IMG/VR virus record: IMGVR_UViG_3300005253_000193
Location: 41,964-105,963 of that record
Length of the DNA stretch: 64,000 nt
Reading direction: 5' to 3' (one strand)
From: a virus
Shown: positions 1 to 8,970 of the stretch, piece by piece
Position numbering within the stretch: position 1 is the first letter of the stretch
Layout: every line of letters begins with the position of its first letter
Made by a program: the position numbers and the translations under genes
The notes under the pieces: generated by a model
Databases searched by the model: none
Seen by the model: the letters and a program-made list of their open reading frames with translations, nothing else
Told to the model about the DNA's origin: nothing

Positions 1-52
1 ATCAAGATAGACAGATTTAATGAGAAGGTCATTTCCCTCTTGGAGAACAGAG

Positions 53-685
53 ATGCCACTTAGTGAAAGATCAAAAACCCTTTTCGGTTCTCTTTCCTCG
101 AGAGCAATTAATGGGGATAGGTTGGCTATGGATGCTGTCAAGTATTTGGAAAGACATCATGGATGGGCTGGCAAGAGTAAATTCTTTTTTAAGCCTGCTA
201 TCGATAGAACAAATATCTATGATTTTTTTGTCAGAGATTTTGTGAAGAAGAATCCAAAGGCCAACATTCTGAATATAGGTTGTGGCTTTTGCACTCGCTT
301 TTATAGAGTGGATAATGGTCATATTATATGGACAGAACTTGACGTTCCTGAAGTTATGGATCTCCGAAAAGATTTCTTTGATAAATTAGATAAGGGTCCG
401 AGGCACAGGAACACTAGTTTTGATCTGAAGGGTGGGCTTGATGCCTCCAATTATGACCTTATTATTGCTGAAGGGGTTCTTGTATATCTACCCCTTGAGT
501 GTGCCCAGAAATTGGTTCAGGGTCATATGATATTTGATGCGTTTACGTTAAAAAGAACTGTGAAGCTAGGCGACGACCAGCTTTGGCTGTATAATCCCAA
601 GGATTGGGGATTCCTGAACATTATTCAGGAATGGGATTATGACCGCCCTGGTAGGGAAGCCAAGGTTTTTGAGGTGATCCAATGA
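53..685 (+). CDS. Class I SAM-dependent methyltransferase (leucine-carboxyl methyltransferase/TcmP-like)
   Basis: Motif I ILNIGCGFCTRFYRV, then WTELDVPEV and IIAEGVLVYL. ATG at 53 follows GGAG and overlaps an upstream ORF ending at 63. Confidence 0.75.
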   Translation: MPLSERSKTLFGSLSSRAINGDRLAMDAVKYLERHHGWAGKSKFFFKPAIDRTNIYDFFVRDFVKKNPKANILNIGCGFCTRFYRVDNGHIIWTELDVPEVMDLRKDFFDKLDKGPRHRNTSFDLKGGLDASNYDLIIAEGVLVYLPLECAQKLVQGHMIFDAFTLKRTVKLGDDQLWLYNPKDWGFLNIIQEWDYDRPGREAKVFEVIQ

Positions 686-1017
686 GCTTTGTTCAAAGAA
701 TGCTTAAACAACAAGGAACCTACTGGGCACCCCCAACCGCTATCGATGCCTTTGAGGGTTCAACATATGTTGAACCCATAGCTATTAAGACGCGTTGGGA
801 GGACAAGGCCATTCTTTTTCGGGATGAGGCCGGTGTCGAAGTGACGAGTAGTTCTGTGGTCTACGTTGACAGGGACGTGGTGACACGTGGTTATTTATAC
901 AATGGCACGTCAACCGCTGCTGATCCAACCACGGTGGATGGAGCAAGAGAGATTCGCCGGTTTGAGAAATGTCCTACGGTCAGCGCCAAAGACTTTGAGA
1001 GGAAGGCATTACTGTGA
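682..1017 (+). CDS. Head-tail joining (head closure/stopper-like) protein
   Basis: 111 aa; YWAP..D..G..Y..P..I..RWED pattern; position before the neck and tail-terminator genes. Confidence 0.6.
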   Translation: MSFVQRMLKQQGTYWAPPTAIDAFEGSTYVEPIAIKTRWEDKAILFRDEAGVEVTSSSVVYVDRDVVTRGYLYNGTSTAADPTTVDGAREIRRFEKCPTVSAKDFERKALL

Positions 1018-1574
1018 CGGGCAATCTTCCCACTGCTGATCTTCAAATAAGGGTTTCTGTTGATACCAAGAGGCTGAAACCCGCCATGGGTAAAGTCTCC
1101 AAATTTCTGAGAGAGCTTGATGATTTGTCCAATAAGAGAACCAGGAGAAAGACATTTAGAGTTGTCCGCCATGGAGGCCGAGAAAGTCTCAAGAAGGTCG
1201 AAAAGAAAATAGCCAAGGAATTTGAAGCTATTGAGGATGGGACCAAGAGGGCATTGGAAAGAGTGTTGGCTCGGGTCCTGCATACGTCCAAGGGCCTTGT
1301 GCCGGTTGATACAGGTCTTCTAAAGAGGACTGGATTTTCAATGGCCGTAAGGTTGAAGACCAAGGTCGTAGGCATTGTAGGTTACAACATCATTTCCGGC
1401 AACGTCCCTCCCGGTGTGGATACGGGTGCTTATTACGCTGTATATGTTCATGAGATTAATGCTATACATGATCCACCCACTCAGTGGAAGTTTCTATCAG
1501 CGGCCCTTGACCAACATAAGAGTTCCATCTCAAGTGATATGCAAACGGAGCTTAAGAAGAGGCGCAAAGGATAA
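1014..1574 (+). CDS. HK97 gp10-like neck/tail completion protein
   Basis: VPVDTG.L and YAVYVHE...KFL motifs; synteny. Confidence 0.7.
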   Translation: MTGNLPTADLQIRVSVDTKRLKPAMGKVSKFLRELDDLSNKRTRRKTFRVVRHGGRESLKKVEKKIAKEFEAIEDGTKRALERVLARVLHTSKGLVPVDTGLLKRTGFSMAVRLKTKVVGIVGYNIISGNVPPGVDTGAYYAVYVHEINAIHDPPTQWKFLSAALDQHKSSISSDMQTELKKRRKG

Positions 1575-1586
1575 AGGAACATTCGA

Positions 1587-2015
1587 ATGGCAAATGCTCC
1601 CAGCAAGGACGTGGTTGACGAATTGGTCTCCGCTGGTGTTGCTACTTACAAGAATACGAGTGGTTGGGGGCTTTGGCTTGCCAGAGAACCAGTAACACCC
1701 GATACTGCTATTAGCGTATTTGATGCCGGAGGAGATTCTCCCAATCCAAAGTATCGCTTGAACGAGCCGACCGTTCAGGTTCGCATTCGTGGAGCGAAGT
1801 GGGGTTATAAGGCTGCTTATACCAAAGCCCAAGCCGTTGTTGATGCCCTGCTTGGGATTGGTAAGAAAACGATTAATTCAACCGTATATGTTGGTATTTG
1901 GCAGCTTGGGGATATTATTTTTATTGGCTTTGATGACAACAACCGCCCAGTCTTTACCACGAATTGGCGTGTTGTTCGGGAGGTTTCGACGAGCACCTAT
2001 AGGGCTCAAGCGTAG
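1587..2015 (+). CDS. Tail terminator (Minor_capsid_3-like)
   Basis: P..PD.AI...D.GG, PTVQVRIRG and D.NNRP.F..N motifs; synteny. Confidence 0.7.
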   Translation: MANAPSKDVVDELVSAGVATYKNTSGWGLWLAREPVTPDTAISVFDAGGDSPNPKYRLNEPTVQVRIRGAKWGYKAAYTKAQAVVDALLGIGKKTINSTVYVGIWQLGDIIFIGFDDNNRPVFTTNWRVVREVSTSTYRAQA

Positions 2016-2033
2016 GGCTGGAGGCCTTTTGAA

Positions 2034-2192
2034 ATGGATATTATCGAGAAGTGGGTAATGGGTCTTCTAAAGGATTTGCGACTCAAACGCTTCTACGGTA
2101 AAATTGTTTTCGAAATGAAGTTTGGGAAGATTGTTTTGGTGAGAAAGGAAGAAACCCTCAAGCCTCCAACTTCCGACGCAAATACTGGGTAA
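2034..2192 (+). CDS. Small basic 52-aa protein (DUF2292/YezD-like), absent from the ORF track
   Basis: MDIIEKWVMGLLKDLRLKRFYGKIVFEMKFGKIVLVRKEETLKPPTSDANTG; GGAGG RBS; fills the intergenic gap. Confidence 0.6.
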   Translation: MDIIEKWVMGLLKDLRLKRFYGKIVFEMKFGKIVLVRKEETLKPPTSDANTG

Positions 2193-2204
2193 CGGAAGAA
2201 CCGG

Positions 2205-2243
2205 CCCCGGCCTGCTGAACTAGCAAGCCGGGGTGTCTTTTCT
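2205..2243 (+). terminator. Intrinsic terminator/attenuator-like hairpin upstream of the tail tube genes
   Basis: CCCCGGC-CTGCT/AGCAA-GCCGGGG stem followed by TGTCTTTTCT. Confidence 0.5.
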
Positions 2244-2264
2244 AACAGATGAAGGGTTCGAATA

Positions 2265-2663
2265 ATGTCACAGGCATCGTATGTGAAGGTCGTCAACATC
2301 AAGACCACGGGGTCCACCGTCTGGACCGAACTCAAGGGCATCAGCGGTTCTTTCGGATTGTCTGGCGAGATGTTGGATGACACTGAGTTCTCGAGCACCG
2401 GCTACCGCAGCCGTATTCGAGGGCTCAAGGACTACAACGTCAGCCTTTCGGGAAACTACACGTCCACAGCTTCATGGTACTCCACGGTCTTCTCGGCTTG
2501 GAATGCAGGCACCAAACTGGACTTCCAATACTTGCCGAATGGCACCAAGGGCTTCCAAGGTCGAGGTATTGTGGATAACTTCTCCCACTCTGGTGATGTT
2601 GGAAGTCTCGAGACTGTCGAGGTGTCCTTGCAGTCCGAAGGGACGGCGCTCACCACGGTCTAA
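2265..2663 (+). CDS. Tail tube (major tail) protein 1
   Basis: LDDTEFSSTGYRSRIRGLKD..VSLSG is a typical siphovirus tube motif; synteny. Confidence 0.7.
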   Translation: MSQASYVKVVNIKTTGSTVWTELKGISGSFGLSGEMLDDTEFSSTGYRSRIRGLKDYNVSLSGNYTSTASWYSTVFSAWNAGTKLDFQYLPNGTKGFQGRGIVDNFSHSGDVGSLETVEVSLQSEGTALTTV

Positions 2664-2692
2664 CAACCCAAAGAGTGGAGGGAGAATAGACT

Positions 2693-3322
2693 ATGAGCGC
2701 ACCAGGATATCTCACTACCATCAAGAAGTCCGGAACCGCCACTTCGATGACATCGGAAGCGATGTCGACGAACAGTACGGTGTCAAATACGTTTCAGCTC
2801 GACGCGGCTGCCAAGCGAATCCTGAATCGGGACGGTACTTTCGTGGTCAGGGAAGCGGGAACTACTGCTCCGGTATCGGCTGCTTCCGTCGTCATTGATT
2901 ATCTTTTTGGGAAAGTTACTCTCTCGTCTGCAACGACTTCGGCGATCACCTTGTCTGGTTCGTACATGCCAATGACAGAAATCGCCGGGGCAAATAGCTT
3001 CACTCTTGAACAGATTAGGGATTCTTTGGACGACACCGACTTTACGAGCGTCGGCTGGCGCAGTCGGATTGTTGGCATCAAGGATGTTTCTCTGACCCTC
3101 GGACGATGGCAGACCCTTGGTGATGATTTCTTTTCCCTCATCGACAGTGGAGAATCAGTCGTGGCCGAAATTCAGCCGGGTGGAGCTGGTGATGTGGGCC
3201 GTGGTTGGTTCAAGATTGAGACGGAGGGATTCTCCGGGGACATTGGCTCCCTCGAATCGGCGGACGTAACCCTTCAGGTCGACGCCTCAACTTTAACCGA
3301 TTTCAGTTGGGGGTCTGCTTGA
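2693..3322 (+). CDS. Tail tube-like protein 2 (paralog with an inserted domain)
   Basis: LDDTDFTSVGWRSRIVGIKD and SGDIGSLESADVTLQ match the preceding gene. Confidence 0.65.
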   Translation: MSAPGYLTTIKKSGTATSMTSEAMSTNSTVSNTFQLDAAAKRILNRDGTFVVREAGTTAPVSAASVVIDYLFGKVTLSSATTSAITLSGSYMPMTEIAGANSFTLEQIRDSLDDTDFTSVGWRSRIVGIKDVSLTLGRWQTLGDDFFSLIDSGESVVAEIQPGGAGDVGRGWFKIETEGFSGDIGSLESADVTLQVDASTLTDFSWGSA

Positions 3323-3354
3323 TACTACAACACACTTGAAAGGGAAAACCTGCT

Positions 3355-3729
3355 ATGACTAATTCCAAAAGAGATGAGATCCGCGCCGCCCTTTTCTCCT
3401 CCAAACAGTTCAAACGGAAAAAGGTCAAGATCCTCGAACAGGATGTTGAGATAAAGCAACCTTCCGTCGGGGAGCTCACCGGCATTGGAAAGCTGGATGA
3501 GGATAAAGACAAGAACTCGGTCTGTCTGCTCATGATCGAGTATTGCTATGTCCCCGGCACCAATGAAAAGATTTTCACCAAGGAAGACTATGATGGTATC
3601 ATGGGCTTTCCTTCTGGTGACTGGGTACAAACCTTCAATCGGGCTTGGATGGAACTTGCCGGTATCGATTGGGAGGAAGCGGAAAAAAACTTGCTGGAGA
3701 TAACTTCCGCGTCCTCCTCTTCAGAATAG
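3355..3729 (+). CDS. Tail assembly chaperone (gpG-like)
   Basis: Lies between tube and tape measure; slippery GAA AAA AAC near the 3' end. Confidence 0.75.
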   Translation: MTNSKRDEIRAALFSSKQFKRKKVKILEQDVEIKQPSVGELTGIGKLDEDKDKNSVCLLMIEYCYVPGTNEKIFTKEDYDGIMGFPSGDWVQTFNRAWMELAGIDWEEAEKNLLEITSASSSSE

Positions 3730-3899
3730 CGGAGGTCTTGGGGAAATTTGTATGGGAGGTTGAACAACAAATAACTCCAAAGGAAGTCGCCGAGTGGGCT
3801 GCTTACTTCACGCTCCAGAGGAAGGCCGAGGAGGAAGCTTACAGAAAAATGGAGCGGAAGAATAGACCAAGAAAGCCTAGACATCTAAGGGGCAAATAA
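3684..3899 (+). CDS. -1 programmed frameshift extension (gpGT-like); slip heptamer A AAA AAC at 3684-3690
   Basis: The overlapping ORF 3645..3899 is in the -1 frame and encodes IAEVLGK..EV...T.KE..EW.AYF, typical of gpT. Confidence 0.7.
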   Translation, partial: KKLAGDNFRVLLFRIAEVLGKFVWEVEQQITPKEVAEWAAYFTLQRKAEEEAYRKMERKNRPRKPRHLRGK

Positions 3900-3902
3900 T
3901 AG

Positions 3903-6900
3903 ATGGTAACCACACTCGACGAACTGCAACTGGTACTTGGCGCAAATACGAAGAGCCTCGATAAAGCGGCTCAGACAATCAGATCTGTCGGTACGTCCAT
4001 GGATAGGGCGGCTGATAGGATTGATAAAGCCGTCAAGAAGATCGAGCAAGGCTTCCGCTCCGTGGAAAAGGCAACCAAGGGCGCGGCTGTTGCTCAATCC
4101 TCATCTACCAGCAAAATACGTGCTCAACTCCTGAGGCAAGAAAAGGCCGTTGCATCTGCCAGGGAACAATTCCTGAACATGACAGCGTCCATCAAGCGTG
4201 CTGGACAAACAGATCCATCCGCTTTGGGAAGGATTTCCAGATCTTTCAAAGCTCTTGAGGCCAGGATGCGTTCCGGGGCTATGTCTAGTAGACAATTTGC
4301 CGAGGCTCAGATGAAATTCAGGGCAACCCTTGGAAGGTCAAGAAGGTCCTTGGCTGATTTTAGGGCTACTCAGATGGGGGCAACGGCGGCGACAGTTAAA
4401 GGAAGGGGCGCATTGGGAGCCTTTTCTTCCCGTTTTGATGAGTTTGGTAGAGCTGTCCGAGTCATTGAAGGACCGCTGGGTGGGATAGCCGCTCGTTTCC
4501 AAACTTTCGGTGCTGCTATTAAGACTGTCAATCTCAAGATGTTGGCATTTATTGGTATCATTGCTGGTATGATTCTTGGATTTGTGAAATTATTTCCTGC
4601 TATTATAAGGGCACATTTGGAATTAGATAAAATAAGAAGGACGTTGAAATTCGCCACAGGGTCGGCGGCATTAGCGGGGGAGACATTTGAGTTTTTGCGG
4701 GAGGTGACAGGTAGGCTTGGATTGAATTTTGTTGCTGCTGCTGAACAATTTTCAAAATTTGCGGCGGCTGCAAGAGGGACCAGTCTGGAGGGAGAAAAGG
4801 TAAAGGAAGTCTTTGAAAGTGTCTCGATGGCGGCGACAGTTCTCAGCCTTACCGCTGACGAGACTGCTGGCGTTTTCAGGGCTCTCCAGCAAATGGTTTC
4901 CAAGGGTACAGTGCAGGCTGAGGAATTGAGGGGGCAGTTGGGTGAAAGACTTCCTGGTGCTTTTATACTTGCTGCAAAGGCTATGGGGGTCACCACCCGA
5001 CAGCTTGGGAAGATGCTTGAGCAGGGCGAGGTTTTGGCTGAGGAGCTTCTTCCCAAGCTGTCCAAGCTCTTGAAGGAAGTTTTTGGACCAGACGTTATTG
5101 GTGCATCTAACAGTTTACGTGCTGCTATAGAAAAACTGAAAAATGAATGGATATTTTTGCTTGACGCCACCAATGCGTGGACTGGTGCCAGTGGTCTTGT
5201 CAAGAGCGTTATGAATGGTATTTCGTCGACGATGAAGGATATGTCCGACACGATTAATATGTCCCTGTTGGAGAATAAAAAGTTCATGGAGCTTTTGCCT
5301 TATGAACTCTCTAAGATGCTTGCTTCAATGCAGAGGCGGCTTGTCCAATTAAAAGCTGCGGATAATCCCATTAAAGATTGGATTGTTGAGCTTTTTGGCG
5401 GAGGGACAATGAAGGAAGCTGTTGCCAAATTTGAAGCAGAGATACTTAAATTACAGAAACGTATTGGTGAGTTGAAGAAGCAGGGATTTGTTTTTGAGGA
5501 CATGATAGATTTTGAAGTTGATAAACTCATGAGATCATTTTTCGACATTCGAGATGAACTATTGGAGAATGAAAAGGCGATTCGAGATTACAATATTGGG
5601 ATGAAGAAGCTTCTTGACATACTTGCAAGAGCACCAGAGGTAGCCCATGCCGCTGGAATGAGTCTAGAGGAACTCCGGGAAGGAGCTGAGAGAATAAGGG
5701 ATGCATGGATAGCTTCCCTACCTCCGGCAATAAGGTATGTAGAAGCTTTGGAAGCAATGGCCAAAGCGGAGGCAAAACTTTCTAAAATCAAAAGAAAGGA
5801 GTTGAAGGTTGCTGATCCAAGGGCGGCTTTTATTGCGTCAGGGATGGCAGAGTTAAATGATATATTGAAGGATATTCAATTTACCGCGAAGGAACTCCCG
5901 GCCGTCCTGAATATGGTCAGTGCTTGGGGCGTTGCTCTTGCGGATGCTTTCGATGCAAAAGCCCTTGCCAAGTATAATGAGGAATTGGCGAAGACCGAGA
6001 AAAGAATTGCAAAGATGATGTCTGCGTTTGAAGGACGTCTGGCTGCCGCAAGTGGTCAAGCAACGGGAACTGAGAAGGAGCAGTTTATTGATAAGGAAAT
6101 AAGGAGATTCATGAAGGGTCTTGATGCAGCTACATTTACTATTAGAGAACTGGAAGAGGCATGGGACAGGGCTGGGATTGCTGCCCTAAGATCATGGAAT
6201 AAGAAGGAACTCCTAAGCTATACTGAGGCCTTGGAAAAGGCCAGGGCAAAAATAGAGGAGTTTGCGGGGAAGGAACTGGCTACCACTGACCCCCGACAGA
6301 AGGCGTGGAATGATGCTGCAAGGCAAGTCGCTTCTTATTTTGCCAAGCTGGAACTGCTTCCAGAACAGCTTGCTTTGGTTGGGGATCTTATCAGACAAGC
6401 TGGGAATGCAAATGCTAAAGCCTGGGATGTGAAGAATCTTGCCGCTTTTATTGAAGAGTTGGAGAAGGGAAGGGACAGGCTGGCAAAGATGATGTCTGCG
6501 TTTGAAGGACGTCTGGCTGCCGCAAGTGGTCAAGCAACGGGAACTGAGAAGGAGCAGTTTATTGATAAGGAAATAAGGAAACTCCTAAAAGGTCTGGATA
6601 CAACAAAGTTTTCCATTAGGGAGATGGAAGAGGCGTGGGATAGGGCCTCCGTCTCAGCCAATAGGTCTTGGAGCAGAAAGGAGCTTGACAAGTACAACAC
6701 GTCTTTGGACAAGGCTGTAGTATCCGTTGATAAATTAATAGCTGGTTTCCAGGCACAGATTGATACTGCCGGAATGACCGAAAGAGAAAAGGCTGTTCAT
6801 GCTGCTGGCTTGGCGGCTAAAGCGGCGGCGAAGGACTATGTGGAGCTCGGTACTGAAGTGGAGAGGGCTGCGAGACTTTCTGGGGATGCTTGGGATGCTG

Positions 6901-7706
6901 TGCGATTGGACAAGATTTTTGATGAGACCAGAACCCCACTTGAGGCTTTTAACATAGAAATGAAAGAGCTGAGTAGGCTTTCCGATGAATATAGTGATAC
7001 CTATGGGCCAGCTCTTGAACGCGCCATGAAAAAATTGCGAGTGGATCTTGGCAAGACCGATCCTGTTTTAAAGTCCATTTCGAAGGGATTTGGTGATTTG
7101 GCGGATGGCATTGTAGATGCTATGAATACGAGTGGCAGTGCGATGGAGAAGTTTGCCAATGTTGTTGATTCAATTTTCATAGATATTCAGAAAGCATTTT
7201 TAAGAATGGCTATAATTAAGCCTCTTCAAGAAGCCATATTTGACTTTGGATCCTCTTTTTGGGATTCAGGAAGTGGTGGTGTTCAGACAGAACTTGGGCC
7301 GGGTGCCCAGATGAACAGTGCTCTTGGCAATGTTTTTAATAGGGGAAGGGTTGCCGCGTTTGCTGCCGGGGGTGTAATAAACACTCCGACTGTGTTCCCT
7401 ATGGCGAAAGGTGCCGGACTCATGGGCGAGGCTGGCCCCGAGGCGGTTATGCCCCTGAGGCGCACTTCGAGCGGCCGACTCGGCGTTGAAATGGCTGGAG
7501 GGGGTGGTTCACAGGTAGTAACGGTAAACATAATCGACAATGCTGGCAATGACATCAATGCTGAAAGCAGTCCAGACGGCCGTGGGGGTGTCAGATTAGA
7601 CGTTGTCATTGATAAAGCTGTGGCTAACAAAATCCGTAGTGGGGGTTCAACCTTCCGAGCTATCAAGGACACGTTCAACACCACCGTAAGGACGTCCAGG
7701 AGATAA
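3903..7706 (+). CDS. Tape measure protein
   Basis: 1267 aa, helical; ALQQMVSKGTVQAEELRGQLGERLPGA tape-measure domain; C-terminal FAAGG...GLMGEAGPEAVMPL. Confidence 0.92.
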   Translation: MVTTLDELQLVLGANTKSLDKAAQTIRSVGTSMDRAADRIDKAVKKIEQGFRSVEKATKGAAVAQSSSTSKIRAQLLRQEKAVASAREQFLNMTASIKRAGQTDPSALGRISRSFKALEARMRSGAMSSRQFAEAQMKFRATLGRSRRSLADFRATQMGATAATVKGRGALGAFSSRFDEFGRAVRVIEGPLGGIAARFQTFGAAIKTVNLKMLAFIGIIAGMILGFVKLFPAIIRAHLELDKIRRTLKFATGSAALAGETFEFLREVTGRLGLNFVAAAEQFSKFAAAARGTSLEGEKVKEVFESVSMAATVLSLTADETAGVFRALQQMVSKGTVQAEELRGQLGERLPGAFILAAKAMGVTTRQLGKMLEQGEVLAEELLPKLSKLLKEVFGPDVIGASNSLRAAIEKLKNEWIFLLDATNAWTGASGLVKSVMNGISSTMKDMSDTINMSLLENKKFMELLPYELSKMLASMQRRLVQLKAADNPIKDWIVELFGGGTMKEAVAKFEAEILKLQKRIGELKKQGFVFEDMIDFEVDKLMRSFFDIRDELLENEKAIRDYNIGMKKLLDILARAPEVAHAAGMSLEELREGAERIRDAWIASLPPAIRYVEALEAMAKAEAKLSKIKRKELKVADPRAAFIASGMAELNDILKDIQFTAKELPAVLNMVSAWGVALADAFDAKALAKYNEELAKTEKRIAKMMSAFEGRLAAASGQATGTEKEQFIDKEIRRFMKGLDAATFTIRELEEAWDRAGIAALRSWNKKELLSYTEALEKARAKIEEFAGKELATTDPRQKAWNDAARQVASYFAKLELLPEQLALVGDLIRQAGNANAKAWDVKNLAAFIEELEKGRDRLAKMMSAFEGRLAAASGQATGTEKEQFIDKEIRKLLKGLDTTKFSIREMEEAWDRASVSANRSWSRKELDKYNTSLDKAVVSVDKLIAGFQAQIDTAGMTEREKAVHAAGLAAKAAAKDYVELGTEVERAARLSGDAWDAVRLDKIFDETRTPLEAFNIEMKELSRLSDEYSDTYGPALERAMKKLRVDLGKTDPVLKSISKGFGDLADGIVDAMNTSGSAMEKFANVVDSIFIDIQKAFLRMAIIKPLQEAIFDFGSSFWDSGSGGVQTELGPGAQMNSALGNVFNRGRVAAFAAGGVINTPTVFPMAKGAGLMGEAGPEAVMPLRRTSSGRLGVEMAGGGGSQVVTVNIIDNAGNDINAESSPDGRGGVRLDVVIDKAVANKIRSGGSTFRAIKDTFNTTVRTSRR
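6009..6579 (+). repeat. 97-bp identical direct repeat in the tape measure gene (6009-6105 and 6483-6579; 474-nt period)
   Basis: AKMMSAFEGRLAAASGQATGTEKEQFIDKEIR occurs twice with identical DNA. Confidence 0.9.
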
Positions 7707-7709
7707 CCA

Positions 7710-8060
7710 ATGCCAGCTTGGCCCGCAAATCTTCCACAGAATCCTCTGCTCGAGGGATATCAGGAGCAGGCACCGAATCTATCAATTCGGACCCAAATGG
7801 ATTCTGGTCCGGCGAAAGTCAGGAAACGATTTACTTCCGGAGTGCGAAGTCTTGTATGGAACTTTATTCTTGGTTCAACGGAAGTGGACAATTTGGATGC
7901 TTTTTATCTGACCACTATAGAAGGGGGTTCATTGTCCTTTACACATACCGACCCAAGAACCGGGACTACTGGAGTATCCTATCGCATTGTAGAGGCTCCA
8001 ACGTATGTTACGTTCAGTAATAGATTCAAAACCTCCCTAAAATTGGAGATGCTGCCGTGA
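7710..8060 (+). CDS. Distal tail/minor tail protein (gpM-like)
   Basis: WP..LP, RTQMDSGPAKVRKRFT, F..TDP motifs; follows the tape measure gene. Confidence 0.7.
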   Translation: MPAWPANLPQNPLLEGYQEQAPNLSIRTQMDSGPAKVRKRFTSGVRSLVWNFILGSTEVDNLDAFYLTTIEGGSLSFTHTDPRTGTTGVSYRIVEAPTYVTFSNRFKTSLKLEMLP

Positions 8061-8521
8061 CCACTCAAGCTCTAAAGGAACTCCTCTACGATCAGGAGAC
8101 GGAAGAGGTCTTGGTGGTACTCATAACCATCAGTCATGATGATTTGGCCTCTCCAGTTCGGGTTTGCAGTGATTCCGAAAACATTACGAGCAGATCCGAT
8201 CTTTTTGTGGCTTATCCTTTTGAAATAACTTTGCCCACTGATGATCCTGAAGATCTTCCCAGTATTAACCTGCGGATTGATAATGTAGACAGAACAATTG
8301 TTCAGAATGTGAGGTCCATTACCTCTGCCCCATCGGTGCTTGTGGAAGTCATTAGAGCTTCAGCTCCAGATACGGTTGAGGTTTCATTGCCGGACTTCAA
8401 GATTGAAAGAATCAATTTTGATGCTTTAACAGTTTCCGGGAGTCTGACTCTTGAGAGTTTTTTGCAGGAGCCTTATCCGACAGCCACATTTGACCCTGCT
8501 AGATTTCCAGGGGGATTTTGA
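8057..8521 (+). CDS. Minor tail protein (DUF1833/gpL-like)
   Basis: LITISH, FVAYPFEITLP, LRIDNV and F.P.RFPG motifs. Confidence 0.75.
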   Translation: MTTQALKELLYDQETEEVLVVLITISHDDLASPVRVCSDSENITSRSDLFVAYPFEITLPTDDPEDLPSINLRIDNVDRTIVQNVRSITSAPSVLVEVIRASAPDTVEVSLPDFKIERINFDALTVSGSLTLESFLQEPYPTATFDPARFPGGF

Positions 8522-8970
8522 TGGTAGCATTCCCCTCCTGGACTGAAAAGTATGTTGGGATACCTTTTGTCCTCCGTGGTAGGAGTATCGAGGGGGCGGA
8601 TTGCTGGGGTTTGTTTGCCCTTATTTTGAAGGAGCAATTTGGGATTGAAATTCCCGCACACGACACTGATCATTACGAGGAGTTGGCTGCAAAGGAAAGA
8701 TGGAAACGTCTTGCCGCTCTCATTGTGGAGCAAAGGGAACGGGAGAAACAAATTTGGATACCTATAGATATCTGTGACGCTACGATTGGAGATGGTCTCA
8801 TACTCAGAATGCTCAATCTTCCTTTACATGTGAGTTTTGTTGTTGCTCCTGGATGGATGATTCATACTGAGCTTGGGATAGATTCTGTTCTTGAGAACTT
8901 TGAAAGGTCCAATTGGAAAAATAGAATTCTTGGTGCATATAGACATGAGCAAATTGCTTCCCATTCTTAA
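8518..8970 (+). CDS. NlpC/P60 tail tip protein (gpK-like)
   Basis: YVGIPF..RGR...GADCWGL plus downstream His residues. Confidence 0.8.
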   Translation: MMVAFPSWTEKYVGIPFVLRGRSIEGADCWGLFALILKEQFGIEIPAHDTDHYEELAAKERWKRLAALIVEQREREKQIWIPIDICDATIGDGLILRMLNLPLHVSFVVAPGWMIHTELGIDSVLENFERSNWKNRILGAYRHEQIASHS

